Positions 57,343 to 64,000 of a stretch of 64,000 nucleotides of DNA are shown in pieces. Position 1 is the first letter of the stretch. Every line of letters starts with the position of its first letter. The notes beneath the pieces were generated by a model. It saw nothing but the letters and a program-made list of their open reading frames with translations. It was not told the DNA's origin and did no database searches. The position numbers and the translations under genes were made by a program. Source of the DNA: an uncultured Christensenella sp. (GTDB taxonomy: Bacteria > Bacillota > Clostridia > Christensenellales > UBA1242); NCBI GenBank assembly GCA_964541825.1, contig CAZIRR010000003.1, forward strand, positions 983 through 64,982, written 5' to 3'.

Positions 57343-57624
57343 TTATTTCTCTATTATTGCTAAAATATCTTTTTCTTTGATAATTGTAAAAGTGTCATTA
57401 CCTATTTTAAATTCATTTCCATTGAATTTGTTGAAAATAACGTGGTCACCAAGTTTGACTTCAAAGACATAATCTTGATTGTCCACTTTGCCTATGCCAA
57501 GGGCAACAACCTCACTAATTTCTGGTTGTTTGGCTATTTCTGGCAATATAATATTGCCAATTTTTTCTGCTTTTTGTGGTAGTGTTTTGACTACTACTCT
57601 ATCGAATAATGGTTTTAATTTCAT
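57343..57624 (-). CDS. groES: co-chaperonin GroES
   Basis: MKLKPLFDRVVVK... starts at the ATG at 57624, preceded by AAGGAGA. The track start at 57681 is an upstream extension. Confidence 0.93.
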   Translation of the reverse strand: MKLKPLFDRVVVKTLPQKAEKIGNIILPEIAKQPEISEVVALGIGKVDNQDYVFEVKLGDHVIFNKFNGNEFKIGNDTFTIIKEKDILAIIEK

Positions 57625-57885
57625 ATCTATCTCCTTTTGTTTTATTAGTTTATAAAATATTTTTTCTAGATAAAAATTCATTTGTATTTATTTTTTGTCA
57701 AGTTATGCAATCTTTTGTATAAATTTTAAAAATCAATAATATGAATAATATATATACAGTTTTTGCCAGACTAATAAATCTTGCAAAAAATAAGACGAAA
57801 ATATACTTTTTCATCTAGATGATTTTTATAAACTTAATTGTATGCTTTTGTTATAACATACTTAGAATAGGAGATTGCAACTTTT

Positions 57886-58698
57886 ATGCCAAAAATTTTT
57901 TATTATGAAGATGTTAAAATTTTAAAAAGACCATTTAAAGCCAAATTTAAGCAATTTTTAATTTTCTTGACTTGCATAATTGTAATAGTAGGCACAATAT
58001 TTACATCAATTTTTCTCAGCAAAGCCTTGACTGTGGGGAATATAACAACAGCCCTTGTATATGGCGGTCAGGATTTAAAAATAAACAAGCATCAGATGTA
58101 TTTGGTCACATTGGGTAGTTATTCTACCTATGATGAAGCAGAAAAAGTAGCACTAGGCTCAACTATACAAGGTGCAAGCGGATTTATTTGGGATATTGAT
58201 AGTCAATATTATGTAGTAGGCAATGCGTACAGCAATATAGATGACGCAAATATTGTCAAAAGCAATTTGCAAACATCAAAGTATTCTATCGAAGTCATAG
58301 AATTAACATTTCCAAAATTGAATATTAATTTTGCCGATTTTGAAAACAAAGAAGTATCAAAGATTAAAAAAACTTTTGAATTTATTGATGATGTCTACAA
58401 AAGTTTGTATGATTATTCTATTAAATTTGACAAAGGCGAAATTAATAATTTTGCTGTGTGTAGCAATATTAGTAGCATTAGGGGAGAATGCAAAGTTCAG
58501 ATATCTAGTATCCAAAGCTTGCTTGTGGATAAAAAATCTGAAAGCTTACAAAAGTTAATCAATTCATTGACAAAAATTGACGAAATACTAAATATCTCTA
58601 TATTAAAGACTATAGATAATTCTTCTACAAATTATTCATTAAAAAATGCTATAGTCGGTGTCTCTTATGAAAAGTATAATTTATATAATTCATTATAA
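57886..58698 (+). CDS. membrane-anchored protein with SPOR-like domain
   Basis: One TM helix (FLIFLTCIIVIVGTIFTSIFL) is followed by YLVTLGSYSTYDEAEKVALGSTIQGASGFIW...YYVVGNAYSNIDDANIV, which resembles a SPOR repeat. Confidence 0.5.
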   Translation: MPKIFYYEDVKILKRPFKAKFKQFLIFLTCIIVIVGTIFTSIFLSKALTVGNITTALVYGGQDLKINKHQMYLVTLGSYSTYDEAEKVALGSTIQGASGFIWDIDSQYYVVGNAYSNIDDANIVKSNLQTSKYSIEVIELTFPKLNINFADFENKEVSKIKKTFEFIDDVYKSLYDYSIKFDKGEINNFAVCSNISSIRGECKVQISSIQSLLVDKKSESLQKLINSLTKIDEILNISILKTIDNSSTNYSLKNAIVGVSYEKYNLYNSL

Positions 58699-58926
58699 TA
58701 ATGCATACTATCTACATATTATTTGTATGTCATTTGAAAAGCTTTGGCAAAAGTAATTGATATATAGGAGATATATTCTTTATAAATCGACTTGATTTGT
58801 GGCAAACGAAGAATACAAAAAATGTCGGAAATATATACTTTTATAAGTAAATTAATTGAGCAATTTGCAAGTTTATTGTATAATTGAAATATAAATTTCT
58901 TTGCAAATTTTTGAATTGGGTATGTT

Positions 58927-59430
58927 ATGAAAAAAAGAACAAGTTATATCGTGATTGCAAGCATTATAATATTGGGAGTGGTATTAGATTTGTTATCTAA
59001 ACACTTTTTTGCAGAATATTTTGAAAATAATAGTGCAGATATAGTTGTAATTCCTGATTTTTTTGTATTTACATTTTTGAAAAATACTGGGGCGGCATAT
59101 GGAATATTTGGGGACAATACTTTGTGGTTAAGTATTATTTCTATTGTCTTTATAATAGGCATAGTTTTGTATGATATATTCAATCATCAGAATAATGTCT
59201 GGTATATCCTTGGTATAGGATTTATAATAAGTGGAGCTATTGGCAATTTGATAGATAGATTGTTTTTGGGATACGTTAGAGATTTTATAAGTATTAGACT
59301 ATTTAGTTTTGTATTCAATTTGGCAGATTTGTTTATAACGATTGGGGTTGTCTGCTTTGTTGTGTATTTAATTATTACAATGATAAAAGAGAAAAAGGGT
59401 AAAGATGGATTGGAAGATAACAAAAGATAA
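58927..59430 (+). CDS. lspA: lipoprotein signal peptidase II
   Basis: NTGAAYGIF, GAIGNLIDRLFLGYVRDFI and FNLADLFITIG motifs. Confidence 0.93.
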   Translation: MKKRTSYIVIASIIILGVVLDLLSKHFFAEYFENNSADIVVIPDFFVFTFLKNTGAAYGIFGDNTLWLSIISIVFIIGIVLYDIFNHQNNVWYILGIGFIISGAIGNLIDRLFLGYVRDFISIRLFSFVFNLADLFITIGVVCFVVYLIITMIKEKKGKDGLEDNKR

Positions 59431-60310
59431 TGTTGGTCAGAGACTAGATGTTTTTTTGCAAAATGAAAATCAAGGGAAAACGAGGTCTCACATCAAGCAT
59501 TGGATAGAGAGGGGAGATGTTGTTGTTAATAATAAACAGGTCAAAGCCGGATATTCTCTAAAAGAGGGAGATGTCATCTTTCTAGGGGAGATAGAAGAAA
59601 AAGTTTTATCTGCCAAGCCTCAAGATATTCCAATAGATATAGTTTATGAAGATAGTGATTTGGCTGTAATTAATAAACCTCAAGGTATGGTTGTACACCC
59701 CGCTATCAATAATTTTGATGGGACACTTGTCAATGCTCTTATGTACAAATTGGATAGCTTGAGTAGTATCAATGGTGTAATAAGACCAGGAATTGTGCAT
59801 AGACTAGACAAAGATACTTCGGGGCTTTTGGTTGTCGCTAAAAATGATAAATCTCACGTAAATCTTAGCAATCAAATATCGTCTAAAGAATGCCGAAGGA
59901 TATATTGGGCTTTGGTAGATGGTGTTGTCAAAAATGATGGAGAAATCAAGACATATATGGGTAGAGACCCTAGGAATAGATTGAAGATGGCTGTCTTGGA
60001 AAGTGGAAAAATTGCCGAAACCAAATATAGAGTGTTAGAAAATCTGGGAAATTATACTCTTGTAGAATTTGAATTAAAGACGGGCAGAACGCATCAAATA
60101 AGAGTGCATAGTGCATATATCCATCACCCAATAGTTGGGGATAATTTGTACAATAGTAACAAATGCAAATTCAATCTAAAAGGACAATTACTGCACGCCA
60201 AAAAATTAATTCTTACCCACCCATCTTCCCAAAAAGAAATGGCTTTTGAAAGTGTCCTTCCCGATTATTTCAAAAAAGTTTTGACTTCATTAAATTCCAC
60301 ATTTGTTTAA
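59405..60310 (+). CDS. rluD: 23S rRNA pseudouridine synthase RluD-type (S4 + RluA catalytic domain)
   Basis: S4-like N-terminus (RLDVFL...SHIKHWIERGDVVVNNKQVKAGYSL). HRLDKDTSGLLVVAKN and GRTHQIRVH. It overlaps the lspA end, the conserved lspA-rluD pairing. Confidence 0.92.
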   Translation: MDWKITKDNVGQRLDVFLQNENQGKTRSHIKHWIERGDVVVNNKQVKAGYSLKEGDVIFLGEIEEKVLSAKPQDIPIDIVYEDSDLAVINKPQGMVVHPAINNFDGTLVNALMYKLDSLSSINGVIRPGIVHRLDKDTSGLLVVAKNDKSHVNLSNQISSKECRRIYWALVDGVVKNDGEIKTYMGRDPRNRLKMAVLESGKIAETKYRVLENLGNYTLVEFELKTGRTHQIRVHSAYIHHPIVGDNLYNSNKCKFNLKGQLLHAKKLILTHPSSQKEMAFESVLPDYFKKVLTSLNSTFV

Positions 60311-60466
60311 TATTAAAGAGTAGATATTTGTTACAAATTTTTCAATAAATTTGGAAAGAATTATCAAATTTGTTTGTAACAATTTTAATTTTCTTATACA
60401 ATAATAAAAACTATGCAAATAAATATTTGTTTGTTTTCTGATAATTATTAAAAGGAGATAACTTTA

Positions 60467-60733
60467 ATGGCTAAAAATACTGGAGGAATGAGCTGGAGAG
60501 GTTTTTTTAATCTTTTGGCTTACATATCTGTTGTGTGCATTGGACTAGCATTTACTATAGGTAAAATTGGTGGAGGCAATTTGGCTAGTTCACTTAGACA
60601 AGTGTCAGATATCTTGGCTTATATCATTGTAGGCATATCTTCGTTCTTTTTTGCTTACAATCGTAGACATTGGGCATACTTTGTTGTTTGGGTTGTTTGC
60701 GTTGCATTGATTGTTGTGTTTATGATTATATAA
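60467..60733 (+). CDS. small three-TM hypothetical membrane protein
   Basis: Strong SD AAAGGAGA and hydrophobic segments. Family not recognised. Confidence 0.55.
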   Translation: MAKNTGGMSWRGFFNLLAYISVVCIGLAFTIGKIGGGNLASSLRQVSDILAYIIVGISSFFFAYNRRHWAYFVVWVVCVALIVVFMII

Positions 60734-60773
60734 GAAGGACTGTAGAACTATTTGGACTGCAATATTTACTGAT

Positions 60774-61118
60774 ATGGGAAGAGAATTGAGAGATTTTTTC
60801 AAAAGCAAACTCAATATAATTTTGACTGTTTTGCAAAGTCTTGCAATTCTTTTTTTATGCTTATGTAGTGTGTGGGGTTTGGCAATAGTTTTTATGCTTT
60901 TTTTGGAAGGTTTATTTTTTGTTTTTTGGGGCGTCAAAAAATTGCAGAATAATAAAAAAATTGATAAACAACTAGAATTAATTAGTCAGATAAATATCGA
61001 AAAAATAGATATGGAAAAAGAACACAAAAAAAATAATCTTGCCAAAAAATCGAATGTTTTTACATCAATTGTTTATTTTATAATGGGTGCAATACTTATG
61101 TTTATAGCAATATTTTGA
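60774..61118 (+). CDS. hypothetical membrane protein
   Basis: ORF with N- and C-terminal hydrophobic helices. The SD is weak. Confidence 0.4.
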   Translation: MGRELRDFFKSKLNIILTVLQSLAILFLCLCSVWGLAIVFMLFLEGLFFVFWGVKKLQNNKKIDKQLELISQINIEKIDMEKEHKKNNLAKKSNVFTSIVYFIMGAILMFIAIF

Positions 61119-61207
61119 GTTTAATTGTTGGCATAAATGTTGCATACTTGTCATTTGTATGGTATAATAATAAAGTTTAACGAGTATATTGTTTAAGGAG
61201 AAATTTA

Positions 61208-62485
61208 ATGAAATACGATATAAAAAAATTAGAAAACAAAAATCTTCAATTAAAACTTGAACTTGATAGCAAGGAATGGAATGATTTTGTTGAAGAAGCA
61301 TATAACAAAAACAAAGGTAAATACAAAGTAGAAGGATTTAGAGCTGGCAAAGCACCTAGAAAGATGATCGAAAAGATGTATGGTCCTCATATTTTCTTCG
61401 AAGACGCCATTGTAGAAGGTTTCAATAAACATTACACAGATATTCTAGACAAAGATAAAACTATCGACCCTATCGATAGTCCAGAACTAAGTGTAGAAAA
61501 ATTGGACGATACAGGCATTACTATTGTAGCTGAAATTCCAGTAAGACCAGAAGTTAAATTGGGTGCTTATACAGGCCTAAAAATTAATGTAGCTCCTAGA
61601 GAAATTACAGACAAAGATGTAGAAGAAGAACTAAATAGAGTTCAAATTCAAAATACTAGACTTGTAGAAAAAGATGGCGAGATTGCAAATGGTGATGTGG
61701 CTAATATCGATTTCAAAGGTAGTACAGATGGCGAATATTTCGAGGGTGGCAGTGCAGAAGGTTTCGATTTGGAAATTGGTAGTCATAGCTTCATAGATAA
61801 TTTCGAAGATCAATTGGTGGGTTTAAAAGCTGGAGACACAAAAGATGTTTTGGTTAAATTCCCAGAAAATTATCAAGCTGAAAATCTAAAGGGCAAAGAT
61901 GCAAAATTCGAAGTAAAGATTAACGCTGTAAAAGTAAAAGAACTTCCAGAAATAAATGATGAATTAGCTAGCAATGTATCTGAATTTGAGACCCTAGAAG
62001 AATACAAAAATCACATTAAAGAACACTTGGGCGAACACGCAAAAGAAGATGCAAAAGTTCAAACAGAGAATCAAATTCTTGATGAAATAGTTAAGACTAT
62101 GGAATGTGACGTTCCAGAAATTATGATAAAAAGAGAACTTGACGCTATAATGCAAGATATGGAATATAGACTTATGTATCAAGGTGCAAATCTAGAAGCA
62201 TATGCCAAATATCTAAATACAACAGTTGAGAAACTTAGAGAAGAAAGACGTGCTGATGCCGAGAAGAGCGTTAAGATAAGACTTGCATTGCAAGAAATTA
62301 TGAAAAACGAGAAATTTGACGTAAAAGACGAAGATTTAAATAAATATATCGAAAATCTTGCTGGTAAAGTAAATAAATCGGTAGAAGAGTATAAATCTAG
62401 CCTAAACGACGAAAGATTGAATTACATAAGAAACGAAATTCTTATGAATAAATTACTAGAATTCTTGGTTGAGAAAAATAAATAA
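61208..62485 (+). CDS. tig: trigger factor
   Basis: [17 protein letters not shown] ribosome-binding signature and an FKBP-type PPIase core ([29 protein letters not shown]). Confidence 0.95.
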   Translation: MKYDIKKLENKNLQLKLELDSKEWNDFVEEAYNKNKGKYKVEGFRAGKAPRKMIEKMYGPHIFFEDAIVEGFNKHYTDILDKDKTIDPIDSPELSVEKLDDTGITIVAEIPVRPEVKLGAYTGLKINVAPREITDKDVEEELNRVQIQNTRLVEKDGEIANGDVANIDFKGSTDGEYFEGGSAEGFDLEIGSHSFIDNFEDQLVGLKAGDTKDVLVKFPENYQAENLKGKDAKFEVKINAVKVKELPEINDELASNVSEFETLEEYKNHIKEHLGEHAKEDAKVQTENQILDEIVKTMECDVPEIMIKRELDAIMQDMEYRLMYQGANLEAYAKYLNTTVEKLREERRADAEKSVKIRLALQEIMKNEKFDVKDEDLNKYIENLAGKVNKSVEEYKSSLNDERLNYIRNEILMNKLLEFLVEKNK

Positions 62486-62498
62486 TCGGGGTGATAAT

Positions 62499-63083
62499 AT
62501 GCTTATACCTTATGTTGTTGACCAAACAAACTCTGGAGAAAGAAGTTACGATATTTATAGTAGACTTTTGGAAGATAGAATAGTATTTATTTCTGGCGAA
62601 ATTGATGATGCTAGTGCCAATACAATTGTGGCGGAACTTATATATTTAGAAGCAAAAAATCCAGAAAAAGACATTTGTGTATATATTAATAGTCCAGGCG
62701 GAAGTGTAACTGCAGGAATGGCTATTTATGATACAATGAAATATGTTAAATGTGATGTGTCTACTATTTGTATAGGCCTTGCTGCTTCAATGGGAGCTTT
62801 CTTACTTGCTGCAGGCACCAAGGGTAAAAGATATTGTTTGCCAAATAGCGAAGTAATGATTCATCAACCATTGGGCGGAGCGCAAGGTCAAGCAAGCGAT
62901 ATAGAGATTACGGCCAATCATATCTTGAAAACCAAGAAAAAAATGACCGAAATGCTTGCTAAGAATTGTGGCCAAAGTATCAAAAAAGTCGAAAAAGACG
63001 TAGATAGAGATTATTTTATGACAGCAGAAGAAGCAGTTGCTTATGGCTTAGTAGACAAAGTTATTACTAGAGGCACTAAGTAA
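62499..63083 (+). CDS. clpP: ATP-dependent Clp protease proteolytic subunit
   Basis: [43 protein letters not shown] and [11 protein letters not shown] at 62499 follows GGGGTGA. Confidence 0.96.
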   Translation: MLIPYVVDQTNSGERSYDIYSRLLEDRIVFISGEIDDASANTIVAELIYLEAKNPEKDICVYINSPGGSVTAGMAIYDTMKYVKCDVSTICIGLAASMGAFLLAAGTKGKRYCLPNSEVMIHQPLGGAQGQASDIEITANHILKTKKKMTEMLAKNCGQSIKKVEKDVDRDYFMTAEEAVAYGLVDKVITRGTK

Positions 63084-63097
63084 TTAATTGATTTTTT

Positions 63098-63137
63098 GTA
63101 CTATGCAACTTGAGAAATTTTTTGCATAGTACTTTTT
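63098..63137 (+). terminator. hairpin/attenuating terminator between clpP and clpX
   Basis: Stem GTACTATGCAA / TTGCATAGTAC followed by TTTTT. Confidence 0.65.
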
Positions 63138-63153
63138 AAATTAAAGGAGATTT

Positions 63154-64000
63154 ATGGATAAAGATATAGACAAAATTATAATGGAATGTTCTTTTTGTGG
63201 TAGAAATCAATTAGAGACAAAAAATATGATAACTAGTCCCGACGGCTCATCTTTTATATGTGAAGATTGTGTGGCTATATGTAATGAGATGTTTGCCAAA
63301 ACCAAACGAGGTATGGGGCAGAGCAAGATTTCTTTGCCAACACCTAGTGAACTCAAAAAAATGCTTGACGACTATGTTGTAGGTCAAGACGAAGCAAAAA
63401 GAGTATTGTCTGTCGCGGTGTACAACCATTACAAAAGGATTAATTACAATATAGATATGCAGAATGCGGATAAGACAAGCGAGGCTCTTGATTTGGACAA
63501 AAGTAATGTTTTGCTTATTGGCCCTACCGGTAGTGGCAAAACTATGCTTGCTAGAATACTTGCCAAAATTTTGGAAGTGCCATTTGCAACAGCCGATGCG
63601 ACAACCCTAACTGAAGCAGGTTATGTGGGAGAGGACGTAGAGAATGTCTTACTTAAACTTATCCAAAATGCCAATTATGATATCAAAAAGGCCGAACAAG
63701 GCATCATTTATATAGACGAGATAGACAAAATCACTAGGAAGTCAGAAAATCCAAGCATCACTAGAGATGTAAGCGGTGAGGGTGTGCAACAAGCTTTGCT
63801 TAAAATTATAGAGAGTACTGTTGCAAATGTTCCTCCTCAAGGTGGTAGAAAACACCCTCAACAAGAATTGCTCCAAATAGACACCAAGAATATCCTCTTT
63901 ATTTGTGGTGGAGCTTTTGTCGGTCTTGACAAAATTATCGAAAAAAGAGTGAACAAATCATCATTAGGATTTAATAGTGACGAAGAATTCGTCAATAAAA
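63154..64000 (+). CDS. clpX: ATP-dependent Clp protease ATP-binding subunit ClpX (3'-truncated by window edge)
   Basis: It is missing from the ORF track because the frame has no stop before the window edge. Translating from the ATG at 63154 (after AAAGGAGA) gives the zinc ribbon CSFCGRNQ...FICEDCV. It continues with [25 protein letters not shown] and Walker A GPTGSGKT. Confidence 0.93.
   Translation, partial: MDKDIDKIIMECSFCGRNQLETKNMITSPDGSSFICEDCVAICNEMFAKTKRGMGQSKISLPTPSELKKMLDDYVVGQDEAKRVLSVAVYNHYKRINYNIDMQNADKTSEALDLDKSNVLLIGPTGSGKTMLARILAKILEVPFATADATTLTEAGYVGEDVENVLLKLIQNANYDIKKAEQGIIYIDEIDKITRKSENPSITRDVSGEGVQQALLKIIESTVANVPPQGGRKHPQQELLQIDTKNILFICGGAFVGLDKIIEKRVNKSSLGFNSDEEFVNK

Noticed and set aside
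57625-57885. CIRCE operator (TTAGCACTC-N9-GAGTGCTAA) upstream of groES-groEL
   Set aside because: I read both strands of the 260-nt upstream region and found no CIRCE-like inverted repeat. Absence judged by eye is weak evidence and does not by itself show unusual regulation, so it is not reported as a feature or finding.
1-64000. CRISPR arrays, rRNA/tRNA genes, transposases/IS elements
   Set aside because: No regularly spaced direct repeats were seen in any intergenic region. The only T-arm-like GGxTCGAnTCC signature belongs to tmRNA. No ORF has DDE, serine or tyrosine recombinase motifs.

Overview
AT-rich (by eye about one-third G+C) chromosome segment that uses TGA as a stop codon. It comes from a Bacillota-type bacterium, judged from the spoVT-yabM, secG-rnr, smpB-ssrA, lspA-rluD, groES-groEL and tig-clpP-clpX neighbourhoods. 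Most of the window is housekeeping: HU, dusB, pgk-tpiA-gpmI, secG, RNase R, glmM-glmS, archaeal-type aspS, type-2 ileS, a Zur-controlled znuACB operon, two pseudouridine synthases, chaperonins, lspA, trigger factor and ClpP/ClpX. Three RNA elements that the ORF track cannot show are readable: tmRNA (minus strand, tag ADNNSVLAYAA), a large Bacillus-type SRP RNA (minus strand), and a T-box-like attenuator with an AUC specifier ahead of ileS. Accessory or orphan content includes a 5'-truncated ORF plus a 1967-aa membrane-anchored giant, and a TetR gene translationally coupled to two mosaic BspA-type LRR lipoprotein paralogs. It also includes a 1379-aa secreted protein built from three ~370-410-aa tandem modules, a DinD/Bro-N-like gene with a Cheo-box-like site beside tmRNA, a HEPN-like/CBS fusion and a 770-aa orphan. 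The best candidate for an undescribed system is at 29.8-33.1 kb. There an XRE-HTH protein with an orphan C-terminal domain is translationally coupled to a truncated RelA/SpoT homologue, with a divergent acidic orphan next door. The homologue keeps an intact HD hydrolase but has a degenerate synthetase region and ends just after the TGS domain. I saw no transposase, integrase, CRISPR array, rRNA or tRNA gene. All functional calls rest on motif recognition by eye and recalled family knowledge; no searches were run.
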